Positions 25,984 to 36,792 of a stretch of 64,000 nucleotides of DNA are shown piece by piece. Position 1 is the stretch's first letter, and each line of letters starts with the position of its first letter. Where the stretch lies: contig JBKHII010000001.1 of the NCBI GenBank assembly GCA_046538735.1, positions 20,305-84,304 on the forward strand, in the 5' to 3' direction. Under the pieces are notes generated by a model. It was not told the origin of the DNA and did no database searches. It was given only the letters and a program-made list of their open reading frames with translations. Made by a program: the position numbers and the translations under genes. Source of the stretch: Spirochaetales bacterium. GTDB taxonomy: Bacteria; Spirochaetota; Spirochaetia; DSM-27196; SLST01.

Positions 25984-27780
25984 ATGCAGAGCCTTCTACT
26001 TCCGCTTGCCCCAAATACCGTTGTAAGCTACACTACGGCCAAGAAGGCTAATCGATTGGTCGGTACGTTGTCCGTTCGCAAGGCACTCGTCCTCGTTGCC
26101 GTGGTCGCAACCGTTCCCGCGCTCGCAATCATCGTAGCCGCGGGTGTCTGGCACACGGCGCACCTGGAGCAATCGGTCATCGCGGAGGCGCATCGATCGG
26201 TCGAGTCGATCGTCAGCATCCAGAGTCAGACGATTGGATCGATCGAACAGCTCCTCCGCACGCTGGAACGGCTTCAGCCGCTTCGCATGCAGCGCCACGG
26301 AGAGACCGAACAGATTCTGCGCGATGTCCTCGAGGGTAATCCGGACATCGTCAACATCACGGTCACGGACACGGAGGGCATGGTGGTCGCCTCGCCGGGG
26401 ATCGAACGAGGAACCGACCTCTCCAACAGACGCCACATACAGGAAGCGCTGCGAACGGACCGGTTCGTTGCCGGCGAGTACGTGATGGCGTTCGTGGGCC
26501 GAGAACCTTCACTGCCCTTTGCCCATCCCGTCCACGGACCGGACGGTTCGATCGTAGGTGTGGTGACGGCGGTGTTCCCTCTCAGCAACTACGAAGGGCT
26601 GTTCGACCGCCTCAATCTCCCGCCCGATACCGTCCTCGGCATCACCGATCACCACGGCGTGAGGCTCTTCTTCCATCCGGAAAAGGAAACGAACCCGATC
26701 GGGGGCCGCATGAAGAACGATGTGTGGGAAGCCATGTCGACGGGTGAGGCCGTGGGGATCGTGGTGAGCGAGGGTTCGGACGGCATTCGGCGCCACTACG
26801 CGTACCAGAGAGTCTTCCTGGACGACGACCGCGATCAGCCGTACCTCTACGTGGCGGTGGGTTTCCCGGTGGACGTGAGCCGCGGAGTGGCACAACGTTT
26901 CCTTGCGCGAAATCTTGCGCTCATGATTCTCGTGATCGTCGTCGCGATTCTCGTTGCCCACGGGCTCGGCGGCGCTGTCTTCGCTCGCCAAATGGAACAG
27001 CTCGCGGCGACTGCGAGACGGATAAGCTCGGGCGAGCTCGGAGCCAGGACCGGAGTATCCGAGCGGAGGACGGAAATAGGGGCGGTCGCACAGGCGATCG
27101 ACGAGATGGCCGAGCGGCTCGAGGAGCGTGTGAATCATCACGTTCAGGAGCAGACGCGGATCAGCATCTCGCTCCAGGAGAAGGAAATTCTCCTGCAGGA
27201 GATTCACCATCGGGTCAAGAACAACATGCAGCTCATCATGAGCATCGTCCGGCTCCAACGAGGCCAGAGTCTGAGCACTCATGAGTTCGCCGCGATGATC
27301 GAGGCACGCATCGGCGCGATCGCGTCCGTTCACGAGCTGCTCTACCGGTCGGAGGACCTCGCCTCGGTCAACATGGGCACGCTGCTCCAGAATCTCGCCC
27401 GAATCGCCGCCTTCTCCTCCACCACACAGACCATCGAGGTCGAAGCGGAGCCGATCGAGCTCCCTATGGAACAGGCTATGCCCCTCGCACTCATCTCGAA
27501 CGAGCTTGCGATCAACGCCCTGAAACACGGAGCGGCCGGAGGTGCGGCGACAACCCTTACCTTCGTACGGAAAGCCGAGCATCTCATTCTGTCGGTCTGC
27601 GACGGAGGCCCGGGCTTCCCCGAGACGTTCAACGTAGAGAGAAGCGACGGATTGGGAATGAAGCTCGTCCGAGCGCTCGTGGAACAACTCCACGGAACGC
27701 TCGAGATAAGCCGGAGAGAACCGAACGGCGCGTGTGTCACCGTTCGATCGCCGGCCCCGGCGAGCGCCGGCACGGCCTAA
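25984..27780 (+). CDS. Membrane sensor histidine kinase (periplasmic Cache-like domain, HAMP, HisKA_2, HATPase_c)
   Basis: Two TM segments flank a domain of about 270 aa. HAMP ([35 protein letters not shown]). The H-box is [13 protein letters not shown], typical of HisKA_2. ATPase N/G boxes ([25 protein letters not shown]). No cognate response regulator is adjacent. Confidence 0.85.
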   Translation: MQSLLLPLAPNTVVSYTTAKKANRLVGTLSVRKALVLVAVVATVPALAIIVAAGVWHTAHLEQSVIAEAHRSVESIVSIQSQTIGSIEQLLRTLERLQPLRMQRHGETEQILRDVLEGNPDIVNITVTDTEGMVVASPGIERGTDLSNRRHIQEALRTDRFVAGEYVMAFVGREPSLPFAHPVHGPDGSIVGVVTAVFPLSNYEGLFDRLNLPPDTVLGITDHHGVRLFFHPEKETNPIGGRMKNDVWEAMSTGEAVGIVVSEGSDGIRRHYAYQRVFLDDDRDQPYLYVAVGFPVDVSRGVAQRFLARNLALMILVIVVAILVAHGLGGAVFARQMEQLAATARRISSGELGARTGVSERRTEIGAVAQAIDEMAERLEERVNHHVQEQTRISISLQEKEILLQEIHHRVKNNMQLIMSIVRLQRGQSLSTHEFAAMIEARIGAIASVHELLYRSEDLASVNMGTLLQNLARIAAFSSTTQTIEVEAEPIELPMEQAMPLALISNELAINALKHGAAGGAATTLTFVRKAEHLILSVCDGGPGFPETFNVERSDGLGMKLVRALVEQLHGTLEISRREPNGACVTVRSPAPASAGTA

Positions 27781-30305
27781 CTGCTGCCGACCGGCACCTC
27801 TTCCTGGGCTTCCTGCTTCTTCGTATCTTTCTTCTTCTTCTCCCGGAACGAGATCTTGTCGTTGCGCATGGTGACGACGACATGGCTTCCTTCGCCGAAT
27901 CGCTCCTTGAGAATCTCAAGCGCCAGCGGATCCTCGATTTCGCGCTGGATCGTGCGGCGTAGCGGTCGGGCACCGAACTTCACGTCGTAGCCGACGTTGA
28001 TAAGGTGCTCCTTTGCCTTCTTGGTCACCTCGAGTGCGATCTCCTTCTCGGCCAGTCGCGTTTGGACGTCCGCAAGCTCGATTTCGAGAATCGACTGCAC
28101 CTGATCTCGCTCGAGACTATGGAATACCACGATCTCGTCAACGCGGTTGATGAACTCGGGGCGGAAGAGGCGCTTGAGCTCGTTCATCGCGCTCGACTTG
28201 ATGTCCGTGTAGTTCATGAGACCTTCGAGCGTCTTGAAGCCTACGGCCGAATCGCGCGTGATCTCGCGTGCGCCGGCGTTGCTGGTCATGATGAGGACCG
28301 TGTTCCGGAAACTCACCGTATGCCCGAGACTGTCCTGGAGTTGTCCCTCTTCGAGGACCTGGAGCAGGATGTTGAACACGTCCGGGTGCGCCTTCTCAAT
28401 TTCGTCGAAGAGAACGACGCTGTACGGCTTCCGCCGGATCTTCTCGGTCAGCAGTCCGCCCTCGTCGTACCCAACGTAGCCCGGAGGCGCGCCGACGAGT
28501 CGGCTCACGTTGTGCTTCTCCATGAAATCGGACATGTCGATCCGGATCAGCGACTCCTCGCTGCCGAACATGAACTCCGCCAGCGTCTTCGCCAGCAGCG
28601 TCTTTCCCACGCCGGTCGGCCCGAGGAAGATGAACGATCCCATCGGCCGCTTGGGCGACGAGAGCCCGGTCCTGCTCCTGCGGATGGCCGACGAAACCAC
28701 ATTGATCGCATTGTCCTGACCGACGACCGTGCGATGGAGCTCGTCCTCGATCTGGAGCAGCTTCTCGCTCTCGCTCTGCGCGATGCGAGACAGCGGGATT
28801 CCGGTGATGTCGCTCAACACGTACTGGATGTCTTCCGAGTCCACGACATTCTGCTCGGTCTTGAGCGTCACCTTCCACTGGCTCTTCATCTCCTCGACCT
28901 TCGCCTTGAGCCGGCGAACTTGGTCGCGGACCGCCGCGGCACGCTCGTAGTTCTGACTGTTCACGAGGCTGAGCTTCTCGGCGTTGAGTTTGTCGATCTC
29001 ACGCTCGAGCTCGGCCAGCTCGGTGGGCCGAACCGAATTGTGAATCCGCTTCCGGCTGCCCGCCTCGTCTATCAGGTCGATTGCCTTGTCCGGAAGGAAC
29101 CGGTCGGTGATATACCTCCGCGAGAGTAACGCGGAGATCTCGAGCGCGCCGGGGGTGTAGCTCACGTTGTGGTGGTCCTCGTAGCGCTCCTTGATCCCTT
29201 TGAGGATCTCAAGCGTCTCCTCGACCGTGGGCTCGTCCACGTAAATCGTCTGGAACCGTCGCTCGAGCGCGGCGTCCTTCTCCACGTACTTCTTGTACTC
29301 GTTGAGCGTGGTCGCTCCGATGCACTGAATCTCGCCGCGCGAGAGCGCGGGCTTGAGCATGTTGCTCGCGTCGATCGCGCCCTCCGCTCCGCCGGCGCCG
29401 ATGATCGTGTGAAGCTCGTCGATGAAGAGCACGACGTTTCCGGCGCTCACGATCTCCTTCATCACGCGCTTGAGCCGCTCCTCAAACTCGCCACGGTACT
29501 TGGTACCGGCGATGAGCGACGCGAGATCGAGCGTCATGACCCGCTTCCCGATCAGCACCTCGGGGGCCGTGCCGTCCACGATCCGCTGCGCGAGACCCTC
29601 CACGATCGCGGTCTTACCCACGCCCGGCTCCCCGATGAGGACGGGGTTGTTCTTCGTCCGGCGGGCGAGAATCTGAATGACACGCTGGATTTCCCGTCCT
29701 CGCCCCACGACCGGATCGAGCTTCCCGTCCCGCGCGTACTGCGTGAGATCGCGGCTGAACTCGTCCAACGTTGGGGTGTTCTTCTTCGTGGCGGTTGCCT
29801 GCGCCGTCTTGCGCTTCGACTGCGAACTGCGCGTCGCCGGCGCATTGCTCGCCGCCGTCGTCTGGACCGTGCCGCTGAGATCGGAGATGATCTCGCGCAG
29901 GCTCTCCACGTTGGAGCCGTCCTCGTCCAGGAACCGCGCGGTAACGCTGTCCGCCTCGCGAGCACACGCGAGCAGCAGGTGCTCCGTACCGATATACTCG
30001 TGACCGAGGCTTCTCGCCTCTTCCGCGCTGTCCTCGAGGACCTTCTTCCCGCGCGAGGACGGCGGAACGTCTCCGAGAATGAAACCACCGCGCTTCCGCG
30101 GAATCTCCTTCTCGATCTCGATCTGCATCTTGGCAGGGTCGATGTTTGCTTTCTCCAGGGCTTTGTACCCGAGACCGCCGCCTTCCTTGAGAAGGGCTAG
30201 CATGATGTGCTCCGGCAGAAGCTGATCCGAATGGAATCGCTTCGCCTCATCCTGAGCAAGTATCGTCAGGACTTTCTGGGCACGTTGCGTCAGACCCTTG
30301 AACAT
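27777..30305 (-). CDS. clpC: ATP-dependent Clp protease ATP-binding subunit ClpC
   Basis: Double Clp_N repeat. Two AAA+ modules (GEPGVGKTA; GPTGVGKTL). A UVR-like middle motif ([16 protein letters not shown]). Length 842 aa. Confidence 0.95.
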   Translation of the reverse strand: MFKGLTQRAQKVLTILAQDEAKRFHSDQLLPEHIMLALLKEGGGLGYKALEKANIDPAKMQIEIEKEIPRKRGGFILGDVPPSSRGKKVLEDSAEEARSLGHEYIGTEHLLLACAREADSVTARFLDEDGSNVESLREIISDLSGTVQTTAASNAPATRSSQSKRKTAQATATKKNTPTLDEFSRDLTQYARDGKLDPVVGRGREIQRVIQILARRTKNNPVLIGEPGVGKTAIVEGLAQRIVDGTAPEVLIGKRVMTLDLASLIAGTKYRGEFEERLKRVMKEIVSAGNVVLFIDELHTIIGAGGAEGAIDASNMLKPALSRGEIQCIGATTLNEYKKYVEKDAALERRFQTIYVDEPTVEETLEILKGIKERYEDHHNVSYTPGALEISALLSRRYITDRFLPDKAIDLIDEAGSRKRIHNSVRPTELAELEREIDKLNAEKLSLVNSQNYERAAAVRDQVRRLKAKVEEMKSQWKVTLKTEQNVVDSEDIQYVLSDITGIPLSRIAQSESEKLLQIEDELHRTVVGQDNAINVVSSAIRRSRTGLSSPKRPMGSFIFLGPTGVGKTLLAKTLAEFMFGSEESLIRIDMSDFMEKHNVSRLVGAPPGYVGYDEGGLLTEKIRRKPYSVVLFDEIEKAHPDVFNILLQVLEEGQLQDSLGHTVSFRNTVLIMTSNAGAREITRDSAVGFKTLEGLMNYTDIKSSAMNELKRLFRPEFINRVDEIVVFHSLERDQVQSILEIELADVQTRLAEKEIALEVTKKAKEHLINVGYDVKFGARPLRRTIQREIEDPLALEILKERFGEGSHVVVTMRNDKISFREKKKKDTKKQEAQEEVPVGSS

Positions 30306-30336
30306 CTATCAATCCTCCCAGCCTCGAAAGGCCTGG

Positions 30337-31431
30337 TCACGCAGCCAGCATGTCTCGAAACACCCGTGCGCGCACCGCATTCGTATCGTCTCCGTCTCCT
30401 TCCTGAGCGCGGCTCCGTGCGATGTGACTGTCCTGGTTCATCAGAAGGAGTGTGGTTACAGTCTCAACTGCCACATTCGATACCAGGCCTGCCACAATTC
30501 CCAGCCGCAGATGACTCACGAGTGAGCGGGCCTCCGCGGCAGACAGAGACCGTGCAAAGCGCAGGATGCCGAATGCCCTATTGGCCGAATCGGCGATCTC
30601 CTCGCCGCGCGCCGCTTTCAGCTCTTCCCTCGCGGCACGTTCATAATGTACCAACTTGGTAGCGTACTCATCAAGTTTGGAGACAATTGCTTCTTCATTA
30701 CTTCCGAGTGTTCTGCGGTTTCGGAGCACGCAGAGCGATGAACCGGTCACATCGTCCGCAGGACGCTCCTCACCCGCGTGCGAGCCGGCGAACGACTCGT
30801 CCGAGAAGTACGGAATCAGCTCGTAGCCCGAGTTCTCCATACTCGCGCTCATCATCTCGAGGCGGCCGAGCACGGCGAGCGCAGGCGTATGTACGAGGAC
30901 GGATGCGCGCATCGCGGTACCGAGGTTCGTGATCTCGGTCGAGAGGTAGCCCCAGTCCATCGCGACTGCGTAGTTGAGGTGCCGTTCCAGGCTCACGTCA
31001 ACGGCACGCGCCCGCTCGAGCGTGGCGGACAGATCCGACCCCGGCAGGATCGCGGAGATGCGGAGGTGATCCGCCCCACCCACAGCCACGACGAGGCGCT
31101 CGTCGCGTGTGAGCATCAGCCGGGACGGAAGATCCTGCCCCGCGATTGAGCGCTCCTGGAGAAAGCGCCGCTCGCCCGGCGCGAGGAGCGACGGAACGAG
31201 CTCCAGCGAGTCGGCACCGAACGGCTCCGGGGTGAGCTCGTCGCGAACGGCGGCGATTACCTGCTCGTTGGCGACCTCCGAGTCGCCCTCGGACGCAGAC
31301 GACGGATACCGCCGCTCGGAGAGATTGCGAGCGAGACGAATGCGCGACGCGAGTACGACGTCGGCATCCTTTCCCGTTCCGGTGAGCCACTGTGCGGCGG
31401 CAGGCAGTTGCGAGAGCTCAGAGGTCTTCAT
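30337..31431 (-). CDS. mcsB: McsB-like ATP:guanido phosphotransferase (protein arginine kinase family), with divergent active-site motifs
   Basis: DVVLASRIRLARNLSERRYP, GYLSTEITNLGTAMRASVLVHTPAL and the C-terminal RLGIVAGL segment align to Bacillus McsB. The gene lies between mcsA and clpC. See the finding on GGADHLR and EITNLGT. Confidence 0.8.
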   Translation of the reverse strand: MKTSELSQLPAAAQWLTGTGKDADVVLASRIRLARNLSERRYPSSASEGDSEVANEQVIAAVRDELTPEPFGADSLELVPSLLAPGERRFLQERSIAGQDLPSRLMLTRDERLVVAVGGADHLRISAILPGSDLSATLERARAVDVSLERHLNYAVAMDWGYLSTEITNLGTAMRASVLVHTPALAVLGRLEMMSASMENSGYELIPYFSDESFAGSHAGEERPADDVTGSSLCVLRNRRTLGSNEEAIVSKLDEYATKLVHYERAAREELKAARGEEIADSANRAFGILRFARSLSAAEARSLVSHLRLGIVAGLVSNVAVETVTTLLLMNQDSHIARSRAQEGDGDDTNAVRARVFRDMLAA

Positions 31432-31915
31432 CGCCGCCCTCCTCGAGGGTCCTCATCCGATCGCGGATGACCGCCGCCGCCTCGTAGTCTTCGTCCTCGA
31501 TCGCCTGCGACAGCTTCTCGCGCAGCGATTCTCGATCGAGAAGAAGCCGCTTGAACGATCCGAGACGTGCGGGAAAGCGTCCTACGTGACTCTCGGTAAG
31601 TCCTCGCTGCTCAAGGAGATGCTGGATCCGTGAGCGGAACACGCGATAGCACTCCGCACAGCCGACCTTGCCCGTCTGACGAATCGTACGGAACTTCGTG
31701 CCACACGATGGGCAGTTGCGGGTGCCGGCGTCTCCCACGAGCGATCCCAGCATCTCGCCGACGGTCGGGGCGAAGGCCGGCGACTCTTCCTCAACTCCGA
31801 GCAGCTCCGCGCACCGCGGACACAGCCAGAGCTCGGTGTATTCGGAGCCCATTGTCTGGTATACCTTGATACGTGCGGACGTCTGCCCGCACCCATCACA
31901 AACCCGGTCGTTCAT
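31418..31915 (-). CDS. mcsA: McsA-like zinc-finger/UVR-domain activator protein
   Basis: Four CxxC pairs (CDGC, CPRC, CPSC, CAEC). A C-terminal UVR motif (EDEDYEAAAVIRDRMRTLE). It overlaps mcsB by 14 nt. Confidence 0.85.
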   Translation of the reverse strand: MNDRVCDGCGQTSARIKVYQTMGSEYTELWLCPRCAELLGVEEESPAFAPTVGEMLGSLVGDAGTRNCPSCGTKFRTIRQTGKVGCAECYRVFRSRIQHLLEQRGLTESHVGRFPARLGSFKRLLLDRESLREKLSQAIEDEDYEAAAVIRDRMRTLEEGGDEDL

Positions 31916-32029
31916 CTGACTCTATAGTAGCAAAAAGAGCGTCGCTCTTCCGCTCAAGTTTGGGCGAGTCACGAAAAAAAGGTGATTCGACTCGTCGGGC
32001 CCGGATATCGCGTTACGGACCGCCGGGGC

Positions 32030-33352
32030 TCACCGGCCCTCCGGAACGATCCGATCCGTTCCGAGCCGCTCCGCGAGCACCTTCGGCAGGAGAATCGAAC
32101 CGTCGGCCTGCTGCCCCTGCTCCACGATCGCCGGGAGTATGCGGCTTGTCGCAAGTCCGGATGCGTTGAGCGAGTGTACGAACTCGGTCTGCTTCTTCCC
32201 TTCGCGCCGGAACCGGATGTTGCCGCGCCTGGCCTGGTAGTCGTGCGCGTTCGAGGCGGAGCTCACTTCCTTGTACTCGGCCATGCTCGGGATCCACACC
32301 TCGATGTCGTAGGTTTTCGCCATGGACGCCGAGGCGTCGCGCGCGGCGAGCTTGGTCACCTGGTAGTGGAGCTCGAGACCCTGGACGAGCGCTTCCGCCT
32401 TCGCGAGCAGCTCCTCGAGCGCCGTGTCCGAGTGCTCGGGTGCCGTGAACTGGAACATCTCGACCTTGTTGAACTGGTGGCCGCGGATCATGCCTCGCTC
32501 CTGCGCGCGATAGCTCCCGGCCTCCTTGCGGTAGCAAGGAGTGTAGGCGAAGTACTTCCGAGGCAGATCCTCCTCGGCGAGGATCTCGTCCCGGTGGTAG
32601 TTGATGAGCGCCGTCTCCGCCGTGGGCAGGATGAAGTGGGTGAAGCCCGGCCGGCGCTTGGCCGCGTCCGCCTCGCCCTGGCCCACCGGTTCGCCCACGA
32701 GCTGAAAGACGTCGTCCTGGAACTTGGGAAACTGCCCGGCGGTGAACCCGCACTGGTAGTTGAGGAGGTGCGGCGGGAGGACGAACTCGTACCCGTCCGC
32801 GAGGTGGGTATCAACGAAGTAGTTCAGCAGCGCCCATTCGAGCCGCGCCCCTGTCCCACGGTAGAGCCAGAAGCCGTTACCGCCCATCTTCACACCGCGC
32901 TCGTAGTCCACGAGCCCGAGCGACGTGACGAGATCCACGTGGTCTTTCGGTTGGAAGTCGAACTCGGGCTTGGATCCCCAGACGCGGAGGACGACGTTCG
33001 CCTCCTTCCCACCGGCCGGAACGTCGTCCGCCGGGAGGTTCGGAAGCCGCGCGAGCTCGTCCCGGATCGCCTCGTCGAGCTCGCGGAGCTCCTGATCCAT
33101 CGCCTTGACCCGCGAAGAGACCTCCTTCATCTCGGCGAGAAGATCGTCCACCGGCTCCCCCGCCTTCTTGAGCCGGGGAATCTCGGACGACACCTGGTTT
33201 CGCCGCGCTTTCAGCTCCTCGGCCTCGCCGATGAGCTCGCGCCGTTTCGCGTCGCGTTCGAGCAGCGACGACAGGTCAACGTTGTCCATACGCTTGCCGA
33301 GCGCCGCCTCAACGGCTTCGCGGTTGTTCCGAATCAGTCCCAGATCTAGCAT
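32030..33352 (-). CDS. serS: Seryl-tRNA synthetase
   Basis: MLDLGLIRNN begins an N-terminal coiled-coil arm. Class II motifs are present (FRKEAGS-type CYRKEAGSYRAQERGMIRGHQFNKVEMF; GSGLATSR-type NASGLATSRIL). The ATG at 33352 is chosen over the longer track ORF. Confidence 0.95.
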   Translation of the reverse strand: MLDLGLIRNNREAVEAALGKRMDNVDLSSLLERDAKRRELIGEAEELKARRNQVSSEIPRLKKAGEPVDDLLAEMKEVSSRVKAMDQELRELDEAIRDELARLPNLPADDVPAGGKEANVVLRVWGSKPEFDFQPKDHVDLVTSLGLVDYERGVKMGGNGFWLYRGTGARLEWALLNYFVDTHLADGYEFVLPPHLLNYQCGFTAGQFPKFQDDVFQLVGEPVGQGEADAAKRRPGFTHFILPTAETALINYHRDEILAEEDLPRKYFAYTPCYRKEAGSYRAQERGMIRGHQFNKVEMFQFTAPEHSDTALEELLAKAEALVQGLELHYQVTKLAARDASASMAKTYDIEVWIPSMAEYKEVSSASNAHDYQARRGNIRFRREGKKQTEFVHSLNASGLATSRILPAIVEQGQQADGSILLPKVLAERLGTDRIVPEGR

Positions 33353-33410
33353 GGTCTCTCCTGGATTGCGCGAAGGGTACCGCAAGGAGGCGCGATCGTC
33401 TACCGCGCGG

Positions 33411-34763
33411 TCAGTGCTTGCGGAGCACCTCGAGGGGGCGGATTCGACCGGCACGCCGCGCCGGAAACCACGCCGCGACGGTTGCGAGCAGCAGGGTCAG
33501 GCAGGTGACGAGCAGGAGGTCGGGATACCTGATCGTGATCGGTATCTCCTGAAGGTAGTACTCGCCCGAGAGCAGCTCGATCGGCGCGAGATCGACCGGC
33601 GAGAAGAGCCCGGCGATCGCGTCGACCGTCCAGACGCCCGCGTTGATCGTCCATTCGACCGCCGCGAGGATCTCGTTGATGTTCACCGCGAACAGCAATC
33701 CCACGGCGATCCCGACGAAGGCACCCATCGCACCGAGCACGAACCCGGCGACCACGAAGGCGCGGACCACGCCGCCGGGAGACGCGCCGTAGCTCTTGAT
33801 GACGGCGATCTCCTCCTGCTTCTCCAGGACGAGCATGACGAGCGTGGACGAGATATTCACCGCGGCGACGATCACGATGAGCACCATGATGAACACGAGG
33901 AGGTCCTTCGTGGTCTTGAAGCTCATGTACTTCGCGCGCTCGCTCTCGAACCACGTGGCCACCCGAAACCGGGGGCCGAGCTCGATTCGTATCGCGTCCA
34001 CGAGTCGGGCGGCGCGTGAGGCCGCGTCCCGCGAAGGCGGGCGGAAGAGCGGGTTCGAGATCGCGAGCGGATCGTCGATCTTCACGCCCAGAAGGAGCTC
34101 CGAGGTCTGCTCGGGTAGCATGCGCGCGCCCTGTTCGTACGGGAGGAAAACCCAGAGTCGGTCCAGATCTGCGTAGCCGCTCGAGAGGATCCCGCGGACG
34201 GTGAACGAGCGGGTTCGCGGGAGCACGCGGCCGCCGGAGAGCGATCGAGCGGTGAGGATGCGCACCTCGTCGCCAACGCGGGCGCCGAGCTCGCGGGCGA
34301 CGTACTCGCCGAGCAGGATGCCGTCCGGATCGAGCCGCCACTCGCCCTCCCGAAACTCCAGGAGCTCGTTGAGCGCGGGATCGCTCGCCCACAAATCGGG
34401 CTCAACCGCGCGGATCGTGACGGCGGTACGCTCCGTCCCCACGGCCGCGAGTCCGAGCCCCCGTCGCTCGCGCGTCACGAGCGTGACGCCGGAGAGGCCG
34501 GAGACCGCATCGGCGGAGCGCGAGAGGTCGCGCGCACCAAGCTCCTCCCGAGCGATCGCCTGCACGTGGTAGGAGCCGGCCTCGATGAACCGCTCGGTGA
34601 TGCCCGCGATCATGCCGTCCGCGACCTGTAGCACGACGACGAGCGGGATCAGGCTCAGCCCCACGCCGATGATGCCTCCGCGCATCCGCCGCGACACACG
34701 CCGCGTGCGGTCGGCGCCGAAGAGGAAACGAACGGCAAGGAGCAGGCTCGCAGAGAGGCTCAT
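33411..34763 (-). CDS. LolC/LolE-family (FtsX/MacB-type) ABC transporter permease
   Basis: N-terminal TM, a large periplasmic domain, and three C-terminal TM segments (FtsX pattern). SLLLAVRFLFG...GIIGVGLSLIPLVVVL. It overlaps lolD by 4 nt. Confidence 0.85.
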   Translation of the reverse strand: MSLSASLLLAVRFLFGADRTRRVSRRMRGGIIGVGLSLIPLVVVLQVADGMIAGITERFIEAGSYHVQAIAREELGARDLSRSADAVSGLSGVTLVTRERRGLGLAAVGTERTAVTIRAVEPDLWASDPALNELLEFREGEWRLDPDGILLGEYVARELGARVGDEVRILTARSLSGGRVLPRTRSFTVRGILSSGYADLDRLWVFLPYEQGARMLPEQTSELLLGVKIDDPLAISNPLFRPPSRDAASRAARLVDAIRIELGPRFRVATWFESERAKYMSFKTTKDLLVFIMVLIVIVAAVNISSTLVMLVLEKQEEIAVIKSYGASPGGVVRAFVVAGFVLGAMGAFVGIAVGLLFAVNINEILAAVEWTINAGVWTVDAIAGLFSPVDLAPIELLSGEYYLQEIPITIRYPDLLLVTCLTLLLATVAAWFPARRAGRIRPLEVLRKH

Positions 34764-35434
34764 AGGTCCACGAGCTCTCCCCGCTCGAGCCGCAGCCGCC
34801 GCTCGCCGAGCCGCGCGAGCCGCTCGTCGTGCGTGACGATCACGAGCGTGGTCGTGTGCGAGCGCACGAGCTCGAGAAGAATCGCCTCCACTCTCGCGCT
34901 GTTTTCCGCGTCCAGGTTTCCGGTCGGCTCGTCCGCGAGCAGCAGCGGCGGCTCGTTGATGAGCGCGCGGGCGAGCGCAGCCCGCTGACGTTCGCCACCG
35001 GACAGCTGCGACGGATAGTGGTCGAGCCGGTCGGCGAGACCGACCTCATCAAGGAGATCGCGTGCGCGAGCAGTCGCGTCCGATCGAGTTGCCCCGAGCA
35101 TGAACGCCGGCAGCATCACGTTCTCGAGCGCGGTGAAGTCCTTGAGCAGGTAGTGGAACTGGAACACGAACCCCAGGCTGCGCGCGCGGTACTCGGTGAG
35201 CTCGGCCTCGGCGAGCGCGTGCACCTCGAAGCCGCACGCGGTGATCGCCCCGGATGTGGGCCGGTCGAGCCCGCCGACCAGATTGAGCAGCGTGCTCTTC
35301 CCGCTGCCCGATGCGCCGCTGATCGAAACGATCTCGCCCTCCGCGAGATCGAGGTCGATCCCGTTCAGTACGGTCAACGTGGACTCGCCGCTCTCGAATA
35401 CCTTGCTCACGCCGGATAGACTCACAATGCTCAT
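34760..35434 (-). CDS. lolD: Lipoprotein-releasing-system-type ABC ATP-binding protein LolD
   Basis: Motifs: Walker A GASGSGKST, FVFQFHYLL, signature LSGGERQR, Walker B LLLADEPTGNLD. The start is ATG 35434 (TGATG junction with the upstream permease) or GTG 35437. Confidence 0.9.
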   Translation of the reverse strand: MSIVSLSGVSKVFESGESTLTVLNGIDLDLAEGEIVSISGASGSGKSTLLNLVGGLDRPTSGAITACGFEVHALAEAELTEYRARSLGFVFQFHYLLKDFTALENVMLPAFMLGATRSDATARARDLLDEVGLADRLDHYPSQLSGGERQRAALARALINEPPLLLADEPTGNLDAENSARVEAILLELVRSHTTTLVIVTHDERLARLGERRLRLERGELVDL

Positions 35435-36792
35435 CACTCATACCTCAATACGGACGCGGGGGCGATCGCGCTCACGCGCCGCGACGCGATGTAGGCGGCG
35501 ACGGTCGCCGAGACGACGGCGAACGCGACGATGGAAGCGACCTCGGCCGGGACCACGATCGCCGGGACCTCGTCGATGTAGAAGTAGGCAGGGCTGAAGA
35601 TCGAGAAGGTGTCGGGGGCGTCGCCCGCGCCGCGCGCGAACAACCGGGCGATCCAGTTCGCTACGGAAGCGAGCGCGTTGATCACGAGCTCGGCGGCTCG
35701 AAAGAGGCCGTTGATGTTGGACGCGACGAGGATTCCAAGCACCATGCCCACGCCGCCTCCGGCGAGCCCGATCCAGAGTCCTTCGAGCACGAAGACGAGC
35801 TGCAACGGCAACGGCGGCGCACCGATCGCCTTCAGCACGCCGATCTCCTCGGTCCGTTCCACGACGCTTCGCCGCAACGACTGGTAGATATTGACCGCCA
35901 CGACGACGAAGATCAGCCCGATCAGCACCATCATCAGCACCTTCTCGAGCCGCAACGCTCCAAAGATCGCGCGGTTGTAGTCGCGCCACGATTCGACCAC
36001 GATCTCATGAGACAGGCCGACGTTCGACTCCCCGGCTTCGCCGTTCCGCCCATCCGGAGCACGCGCCTCGATCCGCCTCATCGCGGCACGGTCGCCGAAA
36101 CGGTCGTGCAGCTTCACACCCACGCGCTCCGGGCCGTCTATGCCGAGCGCGGCCGCACCGGGCCCCAACCCCACGAAACCCCAACCGGCGTCGTACTCGA
36201 GAAACCCGCTGCGGAAAATGCCCACGAGCTCGAGCTCCGTCGTCTCCGCTCCGCCGGCTACGAGCGCGCCGCTGAACCCGACGATCTCCACCACGTCGCC
36301 CACGCGCGCGCCCATCCTCCGCGCGAGCTCCCGGCCGAGCACGACCCCCGTTCCTCCGAGATCCCAGCTCCCGGAGACGATCTCAAGATTCTCGGCGAAG
36401 CGTTGGTCGAGCGACGGAAGATCACGCGGAACCACGCGCAGCAGCACCGCCAGCGGATCCGGAAAGTAACCGTACGCGAGCCCGTAGGTCTCGGCGTACG
36501 GGACCGCGGCGCGCACGCCGCGCACGCCGGAGATCGACTCGGCGAGCTCCCCCACGGTTGCGGCATCGCCGTCGGACTCCGGCACGCTCACCTGGAGATG
36601 AAAGCTTCCGACTTCCAGGATGTCCTCGATCGTCCCGAACTGAAATCCGTTCATCACGGCGAGCACAGCGATGAGCGTCATCACTCCGGCGGCGATGCCG
36701 AGGACCGAGAGGATGCCCGCGGTGTGCCCCTTCTCCCGGCGCTTCGTCCGGAAGTGACGCGCGGAAACGAAGAGGATCCAGCGCGACTTCAC
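35434..36792 (-). CDS. LolC/LolE-family (FtsX/MacB-type) ABC transporter permease, second copy
   Basis: WILFVSARHFRTKRREKGHTAGILSVLGIAAGVMTLIAVLAVMNGF shows the typical LolC/E N-terminus. It has a C-terminal FtsX 3-TM bundle. Confidence 0.85.
   Translation of the reverse strand: MKSRWILFVSARHFRTKRREKGHTAGILSVLGIAAGVMTLIAVLAVMNGFQFGTIEDILEVGSFHLQVSVPESDGDAATVGELAESISGVRGVRAAVPYAETYGLAYGYFPDPLAVLLRVVPRDLPSLDQRFAENLEIVSGSWDLGGTGVVLGRELARRMGARVGDVVEIVGFSGALVAGGAETTELELVGIFRSGFLEYDAGWGFVGLGPGAAALGIDGPERVGVKLHDRFGDRAAMRRIEARAPDGRNGEAGESNVGLSHEIVVESWRDYNRAIFGALRLEKVLMMVLIGLIFVVVAVNIYQSLRRSVVERTEEIGVLKAIGAPPLPLQLVFVLEGLWIGLAGGGVGMVLGILVASNINGLFRAAELVINALASVANWIARLFARGAGDAPDTFSIFSPAYFYIDEVPAIVVPAEVASIVAFAVVSATVAAYIASRRVSAIAPASVLRYE

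Noticed and set aside
31940-31965. AAGAGCG-a-CGCTCTT palindrome followed by TTTT (minus-strand sense) between serS and mcsA, as a serS terminator or operator
   Set aside because: With a realistic loop the stem is only about 5 bp. I cannot tell whether it is a weak terminator, a protein-binding palindrome or chance.
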